This document shows positions 37,420 to 52,520 of a stretch of DNA of 64,000 nucleotides, piece by piece. The position numbers were made by a program, and so were the translations under genes. This stretch comes from Octopus sinensis (taxonomy: Eukaryota): the NCBI RefSeq assembly GCF_006345805.1, contig NC_042999.1, forward strand, positions 137,392,001 through 137,456,000. Reading direction: 5' to 3'. Positions within the stretch are counted from its first letter, which is position 1, and each line of letters opens with the position of its first letter. The notes beneath the pieces are model-generated. The model searched no databases, was not told where the DNA came from, and worked only from the letters and a program-made list of their open reading frames with translations.

Positions 37420-40400
37420 TGTGGGTCATGACCAGTCAAAGAGTAACCATTAGCCTCACTCCTATTATGCTCTTAGCAATACAGGTGACTCATCAGACCT
37501 ACTAGCTGAAGGCATGTAGCCTCTCTACTACAGGAGGTAGGAATACAGTCTTGGTCAGTCAGGGTTGTGAAAAATCCCTAAAATGAAGTTCTACTAAGTG
37601 ACATCGCTTCTGGGTGAAATGGAGTTATCTCCCTTTGACCGACTGTAGTTGCATCCCAAAGGAGTCAGTATATGTGCAGTTACCATTTGCTAGTCTTCAA
37701 CATAAATTTTCTTTCATGAGAGCATTGAATGAATATCTCTTTCTGGAGTTTAAGAAGATACATGGACCAAGCAAATTGGGATTCTTGCCCTCTTGACCAA
37801 TCAAAGTTTGCATCATGTTCCCACTGAGGTATGGTTCAAGTTGTTCTAGCTCCTGGAACAGTCAGGAACATACTCTGACATTCATCCTTTTCTAAGGATA
37901 ATGCAAATGAAATATCTTCAACCTGTAAAGGAATCTCAGTCAGACACTTGACTCACTAAAATCCTTTTTCTCATCTGCTCAGCAGCACTAGTTTACATCT
38001 CATCAAATTGTGAAAAATGTACTGATAAATGTATGCTTATATTTGATATGTTAGGAAAACTAAGATCAAAATATGAAGGAAATTGTTACCTTGTGAATAT
38101 GGCATTGCTACTTTTATTATTGTGTTTGTTATTGGTATATCAGTGGATTGGCAGAATTGGTAGATTATCTGACATAATACCTTGTGGTATTTAGTTATGG
38201 CTCTTTATGTTCTAAGTTTAAATCCCATCAAAGTTACCTTTGCTTTTCATTCTTCTGGGATCAATAAAAGAAAGTACCAGTCAAGCACTGAAGCTAATGT
38301 AATTGACTTACCTCTCTCATCAAATTCATTGGTTTTGTAACGAAATTAGAAATTAGTTTTGCTGTCATTTGATAATGTAAAATTAGATCGTGGCTGTTTA
38401 ATCCCAGCTCTGATTGAGTAATATCTAAGACTTCATCTAAGATGGTGAGCTGGCAGAGTTGTTAGCACACCTGCAGCATTTTGTCCATTTTTATGTTCTG
38501 AGTTCAAATCTGACAAAGTCAACTTTGCCTTTTGTCATTTTGAGGCTGATTAAATAAGTATTATTTGAACACTGGGGTCAATGTAATCAACTGGTCCCCT
38601 TCCTTGAACTTGCTGGCCTTGTGTCAAAATTTGAAACCAATACCTAAGACTACATTATCAAATGTGCCCTTACATCTTTAACAGTGTTGTTCAGAGGAAA
38701 TTTGGCTACTATTTTTGGCCAGACATGCAACCACTTAGCAGTTCCCCGATGAACATGGAAAATTATGAAATCAAATGTACAACTCTATTTAAATCCTCTT
38801 TCATCTTTCCTTCCACTAGGATCAGCTCTTCACTTCCCCAGAGTTAATATAAAAAGTAAACTATAAAAACTAAATTATTTGAACCACTTCTGAAAAAAAT
38901 TGGACTAATGATTATAGAAAATAGACAAATTACTGACAAACTAAAACAAGCTGCCAGCTAGACATCTTTTATTCAGTGGCAAATGTGATTAAGATGGTAG
39001 ATAAAATAAAAATAAATAGAAATAATAAAAACAAGAGAAAATTCCAGAAATTCCATCATAAAAGGATTTATTTATTTTTTTAAAATTCATTAATAGAGAT
39101 TTAAAACTTGATAAATGTTTATTCAGAATGAAACCAAACCTGTACTTTAATGGAATTAATTCTGCATCCATCAAAGAATTATTGCTGCTTGTAGACATTT
39201 ACGTAGTGTGATGGGTATGTTTTTCTTTCTATATTTAATTAATGACATATAAGAAAGCTGTTAAAAATGTCCAGATCAAACTTTGGGAAGTATGAGTTAA
39301 TTTTTTTAAAGATCATTTTTTGCCTCACTTAAAATTGCTTATATTTTCAAAAACTAAAATCAGAATGAGCAGAAAAAGAAGTAAAATAAAAATGTTTTTG
39401 GGCTTCAGTCAAAATTGAAATAGAAATTTAAAAAATAATTAATTGGATTTGACAAAAAAAAAATTAATTTGTTTTTAATGATAGTTTGAATTTTGGGAAT
39501 TATATTTGACATATTTCAGTTTTTGAAAGCATCTCAATTTGATGAATTTGAAATTTGAAGCTAAAAAATTCGAGTAGTAAAAAAAAATGAATTCAAATTC
39601 AAGTATCTGGTGTCAATATTGTAGCTCTGAAGTGAAATTAATTGTAGCAATGTTAAAATATAACAAAAGCTGTAGAATGATAAAATTCTACTTGTATTTT
39701 CCATTTTGGTATGGTTTCAATGGCTGGATGCCCTTCCTAATACCAACCACTTCGTTGGATGCACCGGAAACATTTAACCATTGCACTAGCATTAAGAGTA
39801 TGCATTAACCCTGGCATAACTAAGGACTCCTCCCTGTGCTATGTTGATTTTCATTTGCCAGCCATTTTATAGAGTATTGGGTCATTTTAATGTGACACCA
39901 GCACTAGAAATGTTGTTCTATCCCTAGAAGACAAGAGTTTTCAGTACATTGTTGTCTCTGTTCATTCAAGGCAATGTAATCAAGATGAAAGAGAGAAACC
40001 TGAGGTGAGAGGATAATAAGAGCAAGAATGTGATGGGATAAATGGAATCATAAAAGTGATAAGGTGATAGAGGAGTAGGTTATGGGAGAGAGAGACAATG
40101 AAAGATAGTTGTATGTTGGTAGGTAAGGACATTGAATCAAAAACACAATGTGAACAACATAAGGGAAAAGATGATGTAAGAGGTATCCCTCTTATGAGAA
40201 GGGAAGTTTGATGAGAGAGAGATCAGTATGTTAACAATGAGTGATAGAGGAGGGGCTAATGAGAGAGAGAGAAAAAAAATGAAAACGGTTGATGGTAAGA
40301 GAGAGGGAATGTGTGATGAATGTTAAAATAAGTGCTAAGGAAGTGAGTAATGAGAAAGATGGAATGTAATGGCTAGTCCTTTCTAACACAGTGTCCCTCC

Positions 40401-41959
40401 ACTTGTGCTCATTTGTCATCTACTTTATGAAGTTTAGTATTCTGAGGTCAACCCTCCACCACCTTGTTTCTTCTTCAGCCTTCTTTGGCAATGGGTCCTT
40501 ACCACTTTGATTGCTTAGTATGTTTCTTTTACCAAACTATCATACTCCATATTTATCACATCTGTACCAGTGCGGTTTCTTCTCATGTACACTCCAACTC
40601 ATTCCTGTAATGTCCAGTTTTTCTGTCAGCTTATTCGTGCTCTGATATATCATCGTTTAAAATCCGCTTTCTATGCTAGCAAAGGTTGGACGATTTGACT
40701 GAGGACTTGCGAACCAGATGGCTGCACCAGGCTCCAATCTGATCTGGCAGTTTCTACAGCTGGATGCCCTTCCTAACGCCAACCACTCTGAGAGTGTGAT
40801 ATATATATATATTATATATATACTAGTATTACACATCCATTGGAGCATGCTCACTTTATTTTTCCTCATTTACATGCAACATTGCAGTTCATAGACTAGT
40901 GTTATACAATCTACCCTTCACCCAGAAGAGAATCCCTTTGTTGTTAGCAGTAGAAACAGCTATTCAAATTCCCCATAGATAGTTCTTACTTTGATTTCTA
41001 TGCCACAAAGATAACAGAAGCTCCCAACAGCTTCTATGGAATCTTTCAAGCATTAAAATCATTGATTTCACTAGTGTACTCTTACTGCTGACTATTCCTG
41101 TGCATCTACTATATATGAAGTCTTTCTCCTCTGTAACTCTAACCTATGATCTCACCACACCTTAAATGCATCAACAGTTTCCAGCATACAGAATTTCTTC
41201 TTACTCCGTTTCTTAATAATATGACTATTTATCAAATGGTAGCAAAGTCTTGTCTTCTTTTCTATTAACTAAATTTTAATCTATGCTAGATTTACTTTAC
41301 ATCTATGTTTGGAATTTCTGTCCTAAAATTTCTTGTAAATTCAATTGAAAACTATGTTACAGTTACACTAAGTCGGCACGGATAGCCAGTCTTATATTCT
41401 AGAGGACTAATGAAAAAAAAAAAAAAATTAATGCAAACTAAAATTCATAGGAGAGACCTGAATCCTGGTGGATACTCACCTGCATATCAAACTTTACAGG
41501 ATTCATTGTTTTGTTTTTTTCTCTGCCATAAACTTTCAAATATAATAGTTGTATAACTTACCTTCAGCATTTCCTTTCAAGGCCATCTTTAAAATAAATG
41601 CATTTATCTTGTCAGAGGTACATGTGTTTTTGAGGAGAATAAATGAAAGTGTTTCTTATTTCTTTATTGCCCACAAGGGACTAAACAAGGACAAAGGGAT
41701 TAAGTCAATTACATCGAACTCAGTGCATAACTGGTACTTAATTTATCGACCTTGGCAGAATTTGAACTCAGAATGTAACAGCAGACAAAATACCACTAAG
41801 CATTTTGCCTGGCATGCTAATGTTTCTGCCAGCTCGCCACCTTAAATGAAAATGTTTCTGGCTGTTTTAATGCTTACTATGGTTTGTGTAGCATTAATAA
41901 TTGCAGCTGTGTTGAGAGCCATGTGAGTTGTTGTGATTATGTCTTGTATGAGGGTGAAG

Positions 41960-42566
41960 AGCCAGCAGAATTTCACAGAACGGTTGGGTCTCAGAGGCAA
42001 TGACGAAAGACCAAGACCTCTGGAGATATGCTGTGACTGCGAAGACCCAACAAATAACGTGAGTTCATGGCTGTTTCCTGCACCAGCTTCACATAGAAGA
42101 CCCAGCCCATCCAAAGTGCCTTGGATTGCAGGACGGCCTGCTGTGCTTACCTTGGATCGTAGGGCAACCTGCTGTGCTTGAGGAGACCTATTGAGTCAAG
42201 TACATCAACATCAAAAAATCAAATGGAAATTGTAGTTGTGATACCTGTGCCAGTGGCATGTAAAAAGCATCATCCGAATGTGGCCGATGCCAGTGCCACC
42301 TTGAGTGGCTTCCATGCCGGTGGCACATAATAAGCACCAACCGATCATGGCCATTGCCAACCTCCCCTGGCACCTGTGCTGGTGGCACATAAAAAGCATC
42401 CACTACACTCACGGAGTGGTTGGCGTTAGGAAGGGCATCCAGCTGTAGAAACACTGCCGGATCAGACTTGAATCTGGTGCAGCCTCTTGGCTCCCCAGAC
42501 CCTGGTCAAAACATCCATCCCATGCTAGCATGGAAAACGGACGTTAAACAATGATGATGATGATGA
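41960..42566 (+). mobile_element. RTE LINE 3' end with (GAT)n tail
   Basis: Same family as 7190-7722; further tails at about 40650-40800 (-), 44625-44810, 53698-54000, 54790-55266 and 63360-63590. Confidence 0.85.
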
Positions 42567-43387
42567 GTTCCTGCATAACGTTCTGAGTTCAAATCCTTCC
42601 AAGATCAACTTTGCTTTTCATCCTTTCAGAGTTGATAAAATAAAGTACCAATTACAGTTGATGTAATTGACTAAACCCTCTCTCTAAAATTATTGGCCTT
42701 GTGCCAAAATTTGAAACCATTATGTCTTGTATCAGTTACATAGGAGTGTGTTATATTATTTTATTGAGTGTTGATTGTATGGAGTGTTTTTTGTGAGTTA
42801 TTCTGTGTGGTTATTGTGTAGAGAGACTTGTGTGCAGAGAATGTGCTCAACAGATTATATAATTGAATAGAAAGTATCTAACACAGAAAGTGGGATGTAT
42901 CTATTTTTGAGACAGTATGTAATGTTGTGAGCCCCTACTATGGGTCATATCTTTTTTTATCAAGTCAAAGGCTCTAGTTATTACTGATGCAGTTTTTATT
43001 TGAAACCCCTACATCTTGTATTTTTTTTTAATTCAAGATCAAGATTGGAGACTCGTGCAACCATCTGGTTCGCCAGCCCTCAGTCAAAATCATCCAACCC
43101 ATGCTCGCATGGAAAGCAGACGTTAAACGATGACTATGATGATGATGATCCTTGTCTTTAGACAGATTCTCTACATCTTCCACATTCAATGTTTTGACCA
43201 ACAGGAAACGTCATGTCTATCAGCTTTCCAGTCCCCGATTATTTATTATGACTACACTGTTTGCCTTGCTCTTGTTGGTCTGAATAGTCCAGTTAGGTTG
43301 TTGTAGTGTACCATGTTTGGTACATATTTATACATTTCTTGTCATTGATTTTTTTCCCCAATAATATCCTAGCTTATTATTCAGGTG

Positions 43388-43911
43388 GCAAGCTTGCAGA
43401 ATTTTTAGTGCTTAGTGGTATTGCTTCCAGCTTTACAATGTATGTTCAAATTTCACCAAGGTCAACTTTGCCTTTCCGGGTCAGTAAAATAAGTACCAGC
43501 TGAGCACTGGGGTCAATAGGCCTTGTGCCTATTGTAGAAAGGATTTTTATTAAGGCAGCAAGCTGACGGAATTATTAGCATGTCAGACAAAATACTAACA
43601 GTATTTCTTCCAACACTTTTATGTTCTGGGTTCAAATCTCACCAACGTTGACTTTGCCTTTCATCCTTTCGAAGTCAATAAAATGAAGTGCCAAAATTTG
43701 AAAACATTTAAAGATAGTGAGCTGAATCGTTAGTACATTGGACAAAGTGCTTAGCAGTATTTCTTCTGATTCATTGCATTCTGAGTTTGAATTCTGTCAG
43801 GATCAATTTTACCTTTCATCTCTCCTCCAGAGTTAATATAAAGTACCAGTATCAACTATCCCATGCCCTAAAATTACTGACCGTGTGCCAAAGTTTAAAA
43901 CCATTATTATT

Positions 43912-43945
<34 letters not shown>

Positions 43946-44610
43946 TTTTAAGACTTAAGAGCAGTGAATTGGCAGAATCATTAAAGCATGAAACAAAATG
44001 CTTCACAGTATTTGATCACAGCTCTTTTTTATGTTCAGATTTCAAATGTCACCATGGTCAACTTTGCCTTTCAAAGATGATAAAGTATAGTAGCAGTCAA
44101 GTATTGGAGAACTGATGTTATTGACTAACCTGTTCGCCCAAACTTCAGACCTTGTATCAATGCTAGAAAATTATTATCATTACTATGACAAAGTAAGGTG
44201 GAAGGCTGGCAGAATCGTTAGCATGCTGTATGAACTGTTTAGCAGCAATTCATTTGTCTTTATGTTCTGAATTCAAATTTCACCGAGGTCAACTTTGCCT
44301 GTCATCCTTTCAGGGGTTGATAAATTAAGTACCAGTGAAACACTGGAGTTGATGTAATTGACCAGTCCCCTCTCCCAAATTTCAGGTTTAGTGCCATTAG
44401 TAGCAAGGATCATTATGACAAAGTGACATGAGACAAAATGCTTAGCAATAATTCTTCCAGCTTTACAATCTGAGTTCAAATTCTGCCATGGTCAATTTTG
44501 CTTTTCATCCCTTCAAGGTTGATAAAATAAATATAGTTGAAAACTGGGGTTCAATGCAATCAACTAGACCCCCTCTCACAAAATTCAGACCTTGTACAAA
44601 TAGTAGAAAG
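43388..44610 (+). mobile_element. chain of about 6 diverged family B SINE copies
   Basis: Repeated gttcaaatt...ggtcaactttgcctttcatcc...aagtaccag blocks separated by (ATT)n/(AAT)n stretches; other copies at about 38150-38640, 41650-41842 (-) and 46905-47117 (-). Confidence 0.8.
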
Positions 44611-45642
44611 AATTATCATCATTATGGCTGTGCTGGTGGCACGTAAAAAGCACCCACTACACTCACAGAGTGGTTGGCGTTAGGAAGGGCATCCAGCCGT
44701 AGAAACATTGCCAGATCAGACTGGGCCTGGTGCAGCCTTCTGGCTTCCAAAACCCCAGTTGAACCGTCCAACCCATGCTAGCATGGAAAGCAGACGCTAA
44801 ATGATGATGATGGGTGTCACATTACTAAATACTAGATCCCTATGTTTGTTTAGACTGCCTGGTTTAACACCATCACTTTGGCCTTTTTTTATTTTTCTAG
44901 TATTTACACAAAAACAGTTGTATCATAAGGCTGGTCCAGATAAAAAAGTGGGGAACAATATATCAATTTCATTTTTTTTTTTTTCACATATGAGAATAGG
45001 ATGAAAAACATGCATTTTTGCATCATATTCTTAATTTAAAAAACTGTTTTTTGAATTTATATTAAAAAACAAGAAATAAAAACAAACCATTGAAATTGCA
45101 TAGGAGGTACCTTTGTTTACTTATATTGAGCAGTAAATACAAAAATGTACAAAAGATTTGTTGAGGTTACAAAATAAAATATAAAAACCAAATGAAAACA
45201 AAATACATAAAGTCTGTGTATCAAGCATTTCTTTGTGGAGGAGGAAAAAAACTGAAAAAAAAAAAAATCCAACAAACTCAGGCAAACAAATACAAATTTT
45301 AATAAGATAAAATATTTTGGTAAACCAGTTTGGAAAATGATTCATTTTGTGGCACTGAGATATGAAGAAGGTTCCAGGTTATGAATAAAATGAATTACAG
45401 CACCAAAGTCAGAAATGTAATGCAATGTTTGTGTGTATTTTTACATATATATTACACACTCATACAAAACATATGTACAAATACATACATGCACAGACAC
45501 ACTATATATATATATATATACATATACATCCATATATATATATATATATACACATCCATCCATATGCATATACATACATCCACACATGCATGTATACATA
45601 CATATGTCTAAACACACACACACCTAAACATATATATACCTA

Positions 45643-46338
45643 CAGGGTGGGTGTAAAGTAATTAGGCATTAGAAATTGCTTATAGAATTTTTAGTATCAC
45701 TAAAGTCATGATGGAAACATTTTTTAAACAGACAAAACTACATCCAGAGACAATAAAAAGTTGTCTTGCAAAGCTGATGACCATGGGCTCTGTGAACAAT
45801 GTGAGAAGTGATCGTCCAACCACATTTTGATCATGGCAACAATGGAGAACATGGCAACAGTGCAGGAAATGTTTAATCGCAGCCCGCTAAAATCAACACG
45901 TCAAGCAGCTCATGAAAGTAGATTAACAAGACACACAATACGTATGGTGTTGCATAAAGAACTGAATTTCCATCCATGGAAACACCATTACGTACCGGAG
46001 TGAAAACCTGAAAACTGTGACCATAGAATGGAACAGCCTCCAAGTCCAGATCAAACTCCATGTGGTTTTTAACCTGTGGGGTTACACAAAAGAGGAGGTG
46101 TACAAGACAAAACTTCACACACTGAAGGACTTGGAGACAGATTCAGGAGGTTTTCAATGATATCCCAGATGATGCCCTTCAGGAGGTTGCTCATTCCATC
46201 CCTGGCCACTTGAGGAAACTGGTTGATGCCACCGGTGCTTACATTGAAATATGAAGATTTACTTTCATTTTCCCATGTAATAAAGAACATGGATTACATT
46301 ACCAATTTTTAATACCTACTTACTTTTCACCCACCTTG
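45643..46338 (+). mobile_element. internally deleted Tc1/mariner (DDxD-type) element with 36-bp TIRs
   Basis: TA|cagggtgggtgtaaagtaattaggcattagaaattg pairs with the reverse complement of the 46303-46338 end; remnants RSPLKSTRQAA and SPD.TPC.F.LWGYTKEEVYKTK.HTL.DLE. Confidence 0.85.
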
Positions 46339-46339
46339 T

Positions 46340-46572
46340 GTGTATATATATATCATATACATACATCCATATATATCATATACATCCATATATACATATC
46401 ATATACATATATATATACATCCATATATACATACATCTGTATATATATATCATATATATATACATACATCTGTATATATATATATCATATATATATACAT
46501 ACATCTGTATATATATATATCATATATATATACATACATCTGTATATATATCCACACACACACATATATATA
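46340..46572. repeat. TA-rich minisatellite (about 30-34 bp unit containing catacatctgtatat)
   Basis: About four copies of catacatctgtatatatatat. Confidence 0.85.
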
Positions 46573-49500
46573 ATCTTTTTGTTTTCAAAGAGAGGAAAAT
46601 ACTCAAAATCAAAAAAGCCCCTCTTTACTGCAGATATAGAATATAAAAATTGTGAAAATTATTAGAATGACAAGAACCAATGACACTTTTAATATGTCTA
46701 TTCTAATATCATAATCTATTGTATTAGATCAAATGTAATATTAATCAACGATCACAATTTTATCTCCAAGACAATTCTCTAGGATTAATCTAATACTGAA
46801 TCACTTAATAAATCATTCTTTTAATTATGAATGAGACAGATGAACTATTAATTAAAACTTAAATGTCTAAAAGGGAAGACAAGAAATATAAATAATGATT
46901 TCAAATTTTGGCACAAGGCCAGCAAATTCGGGTGTGGGGTGGGGGAATAAGTCGATGACATTGACCCCAGAGTTTAACTGGTGCTTATTTTATCAACCCC
47001 AAAAGGATGAAAGGTAAAGACAGCCTTGGTGGAATTTGAACTCAGAATGTAGAGATGGATGAAATGCTGCTAAGCATTTTGCCCAGTGTGGTAATTATTC
47101 TGCCAGCTCACCACCTTAGTACTATATAAATAATGATGACAGTAATCGATTCTTAGGCATAGGACCCATTTTGTGTATGGTATTTGGCGATGAATTACAG
47201 TCAGTTGCATCAACCATAGCACAGTATGATAGCTGGTTTCATCGAGTCTGGCAGGAGGAAATGCAAGTTAACTCAAGTGAGGTTTAAACTAAGATAATTT
47301 TTCTGACTGAATTAGAAAATTTTTATACACTATTTATATTATATCTATGTAACATTTCAATCAGCGTGGTCTCAAATTGTTATCAGGTGTCTTATTTCTG
47401 GATATGTTACTATTAAACAGAGTTTGAATGATGAATCTCTAGTTTATTTCTAAACTAAAGTGTTGGGAACTATATACAAAGTGATCAACACAATATAGTT
47501 GTAAATACTGTAAAAAATACTTTTTTCATATAGATTATTAGCTTGAAAAATTATCATATATGTACAGTCTGCATATTGATGAGTGCATACATATAAGTAT
47601 ATAAGGGCGGGGTAGATTTTAAAATATTTTAGAAGTTTTTGAGAGGTTCAAAAGTGAATTACTAACAAAGTTTTACTTTATTACTAACAAATATCCAAAA
47701 ACAGAACGAATTGGTGAAACTGATCATTAAAATTAACTGCTTAGAAATCAACTAACAAATATATTAGTCAGTAAACTAAAGTATTCTATAAATTATTCAG
47801 AATTAAAATAAGTATTTTTCTATAAGGGTGTTGCTGGTGGGTAGAATCACAAACTGTAAACGGGTAAAATTGAAGATGAAGTTCTAACAAAAAAAAAAAA
47901 AAAAAAGGTAAACCCTTTCATCACTACATTTTTAATTTCTAGAAAGTCTGTTTTAGTTAATTTACAGTGTAATCAAGACTGATGGAGAACAAATTTAATA
48001 AAGCATTTTTAATTGTATACATTTGTTTTTTTTTTTTCTTGACACAAGGCTGGATCTGATCAAACAGATGAGCTAAATTCCAGCTATGACCATCTCATCT
48101 ATACAACTGCACTGGTGTTGGCCAAATGAAATCTTTTTCATGTTTTAAAAAGATTTTGCCTTGTGACTCTAAATATGAACTCTAATGTGAGCAGTTTTGG
48201 TAAATTGGTATAAAAAAAGATACCAGAGAGAGAGGAGGTAGAGACATCATAGGGGGAACGATAAGAAAACACTGGTCTAAAGATAACAAAAGGAAAAATG
48301 TCACACATTACTGTATAAAATTTGTGGTATTAGAACACTGATTATTTGAATTTGCAAAGCTTTATTAGATGAAAGAGGTTAGATATTTTAAAATACAGAG
48401 ACAAAAAGAGAATGTAAAATTGCATAAAATTAAAAACAAAAGTTGTTTAACTTCCAATATGAATTTAAAAATTGAGAGATAAATGTTTGTAAAAAATATA
48501 TCACATTGTGAAAGGCAGATTTTAAACATTTTTTTTTTCATCAGGAAGCATTGCCAGGGGTATTAAAGGAAGGAATTATCTATTTATTTGTACAATATAC
48601 TGTTATGTGGGGAGGAGAATAGGACTGGATTCAAAGCAAATAACAAATATAGTACAACATCAATTGAGAAAAAAAAAACAATTTTTTTTTTTTTTTGGTT
48701 TTACCTGAATACATTAACTTTCAGAATAGAATACAATAAAATACTGAGAGGTTCGTGGTTCATTTTTTGCTTTTTTTTATGATTAATTTTGATTTTTTTT
48801 TTTAAGTAAAAAAAGTTATTAACATTTTTCATTGGAAGCACTTTAGAAAGTCTTAAGTTCATAAATAGAATTAAGTATTGGGTTATTGCTTATTGGAAAA
48901 TGTTAGAAATGTTTATCCATCAGAAAGTTGCAGCTGCAATAACGTAACTATTAGTATAGCTATGATAGCAACAAAAACTTCTTTTGAATTCACTTAGGCA
49001 ATATTCTTAATATAAGTTAATAAATTCCTGTCCGATCATTATTTAACTGCAGTTAGGCCTTGCAAGATAAAACTTAAATTTTCTTTTTAAATAACAGGAA
49101 ATTTACTTGAGACATGTAGATTGTTTCAACCAACTCCAAACTGTACTTTCTAACAACCATAAAAACACTCGAGATTAATCGATTGATCCCAGTATTATTT
49201 ATAATTATATAAAAAAAGAAAAAAAAAATGGTAAAAACATCACAGAAGAAGAAATTGCTTTGTCATTTACTTCAAGTTTGTATTACAAGTTGTCAAATAT
49301 TGATTTCTAACTAAGGCAAAGTTGCATATTTTAGATGAGGTGGAAATTAAAGTTCCATTTTTCTAAAAGGCATTTAGTGGCATTCATGAAGTGACAAAGA
49401 AGACAAACAGTACTGTAGACTTAGCTTGTCTGTAGCTTAGATATTGTTTCATCCTCTACAAGACTTACTACTACTGTACTATCAAGGAAGGTTTCCTAGT

Positions 49501-52493
49501 ACTGATAGAAAGGTGTATAATCAAGTGATTTAACAACTTCAGTATAAACAGATGTGGAAGAGGACCAAATTACTTTTAAAGTGGTAGACTTAATCTGTTG
49601 CTTCATTTAGTACCACCATCTGGTTTATGGATGTCTTTAGTAGAGTGCATTCTGTTGCAAAGTTTTACACTGGCTCCCTAATCTGAAAGGAGTTCTTCCC
49701 ATCAGTCTTGGAGTCCCTGAATGAGTGCTACTTTGCCTCCTCTGACTGAATCATTAAAAATAAATTTTAAATTGGTAAAAAATTTTTATGTAATTAAGAT
49801 AAAACCACCCAAGTCTTGTACCTATTTTACTGACCCCATTGGAATTTGAAACAGAGAAATGAAATTTTATTCTGAAAGGTAATTTAGTTGAACACTACCA
49901 TTTCTACCACAACACAGCCTCACAAGTATTTATATTTGCAACAATGACTGGTATGTATGTAGTTATTTATGGAGTTTGTTTTATCTATACTACCAGAAAA
50001 AAAGGACATTTTATTTAGCCATTGCTCTTACAAGAAAACGAAGAGATTTAATTTGTGAAACTGTTTTGAAATATTGGGTGTTGAGAAAGCTCCTTAATGA
50101 TAAATGGTACGATCAAACAGTTTATAAACACATAATCCTCGTAAAGAAAAGATGGCAATGTCACTTTGTATTTTTAACTTAAGCTCAACACAACAAATTT
50201 GGAGTTGATTACATTGACTAGGTATTTGACTGCTACCTATTTTATCAATCTGCCAAAAAGATGAAAAGCAAAGTCAACCATAACAATATATGAACTTGGA
50301 AGGCAACAAAATACCATGAGATATTTTATCCAAAACTATATATTTCTCTATTTCACTAACCTATGTATTGCATACAGACAACTGTCTGTAAATTCAAATT
50401 GGAAGCAACAAAATTCTGAGAGGCTTAAAGAAGTTAACTTAATTATTTCTAATTCAATAGAAATGGATATGACAGCTTGTAAGAAAAAGGTGGAGAGAAC
50501 TTGTCTTTAGCTTAGCCTTATAAAACATATTGCATATACATAAACTATGAAAGCAGTAACAATGTATTCAAGAATAATAATGACAGGCTTAATGCCATCC
50601 ATAGATAGAGTTGATTAAATCAAGCCAGGACTTGACTGTTGCTTTGCTTTTCAGCCTTCTGGAATTAATAAAATAGTCAACTTCAGAATGTAAAAGGGCA
50701 TGACAAAATACCACATGGCATTTTGTTGGATGCTGTACCAATTTTGATACTCCACCATCCTAGACAACAACGATGATGATAAGAACATCATACTAAATTA
50801 TTCAAAATTATGACATTAAAGTTTAAATGGTACAAAAAATATGTTAATCATGTGAAATTTTAAGTGAGCAGTTTCTTCAGAAAAGAAATTGTAATGGAGG
50901 GATTGAATGCAAATAATTGATAGCTGCAGACATTATTCCATTCGATGCTTCACTAAGCAACATTGAATGAAATATGCACAGTTTTATTTAAGATGTTTGT
51001 GTACACTTGGACATGGAAAGACAATACGCTGCACAAGTTGTCTTGAGAGAAGAAATTTTCCTTACAAACAATATTTTCACTTGAGATAACTAGTGCAATG
51101 TATTGCTTTTCGATGTCTGAATGTAAACAAACATGTTAAATAAAACTGTACATAACTATATTTTATATATATATTACTCACACACACTGTCATAAATTAT
51201 ATGATAATATCGTAAAAGTAACTAATCAGTTGCTTTGTGATAATTTCCTTTAAATATGAGGAGCATTCCAAAGGTTTTGAGACTTTTTTGGGAGAGGCAA
51301 TTGTATGTATATTGTGATGAATAAGTTAGCAGTTAAAATTTTAATGTATTATAATTATATGTTAAACTTCTGAAAGTAAGATATCACTGTTTGTGGCAAT
51401 TCAGTGGGATAGCTCAGACTTTATAATTTAACTTACATGCTACAAGAAACGTTGATTTTTTTTTTTTTTAATATAAGTTCAACTTGATTAACTGTCTAAA
51501 TGTCTGAGACATGTTCTTGATAATAAGCTTGTAATTTTTAAAACCATTAACCTCATCTATACAAGTGAGAGATGTTTCGATACTATGCTTTGGTCAGTGA
51601 GTCTTATTGTCATGTGGGTGTAAAAAGTAAGATATTTTCTTCAATAAAGATGAAGGTGTTAGTCTAAAGAATTATGGTTCTAAGAATTATACTTCTAAAA
51701 ATCAAAAAATAAATTGGCATTAAAAAAAAAATTTCAAAAATGTTGCTTCAGTGTCTGTTCTATTTTTTAATCATGTATAAATGGGCGTGTGTGAGAAGAA
51801 TATGCACACATACACACACCTGAAAGTTCAGACATAAGATACTTCTCTCTAAAACATTTGCCATTGTAATTCAGTACAAAATTTCAAATATAAACCATTT
51901 GATATGTACTATATATATATATATATAAATTGGGTGGGTGAGTGGGGGAAGTCATGGAAATATTGGCTACAACAAACAAAATGAAAAACCAAAATTAAAA
52001 ATACATACTTCAAGAATTGTGTGCAAGTGTGTGTATACAAAACATTAAAATAATATCAAAATTATGACATTATTTTTCAGTGAATAATGGAGGGAAAACA
52101 AATGGTTTTCTTGTTTTTTAATGTAAAAATGTTGGGACAAGCAAAACATTTTCTATGAATTTTTCTAAGCACCAAATATTCTGGGAACTTTCAAGGATAT
52201 GTTTATGGAATAGCATCTTTTTCGTTCGATAATATTCTAGTAATTCAAGATGTCATGTTTGTTCTTCTCGATTGTACAAAGTATAAAGAAAATATTGTCA
52301 CATAAAATGGAATATAAAATTATAAAACTGGGAGAATAAATTTGAAAAATATCAACTCGCTAAAAAAGAAAAGAAAAAAACAGATTCAAGGGGAACAACC
52401 CATCATTCTGCGTAGCATTTGTTGGTTGATTCATGAGAAAGTGACGAATAATGGAAATAATGATCATGACTGAGTTACTTCCCTTGCAATACA

Positions 52494-52520
52494 CCTTGAA
52501 ATGAGAAAAAAAAAGACAAC
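52494..52520 (-). other. strong splice acceptor; probable start of the terminal (mostly 3' UTR) exon at 52494
   Basis: Minus strand tttttttttctcatttcaag|GTGTATTGC, followed by a long AT-rich, repeat-poor stretch. Confidence 0.45.

Noticed and set aside
38675-38790. Minus-strand open stretch ending in a gtaagg donor (…WLHVWPKIVAKFPLNNTVKD)
   Set aside because: No convincing acceptor and no phase-linked neighbouring exon.
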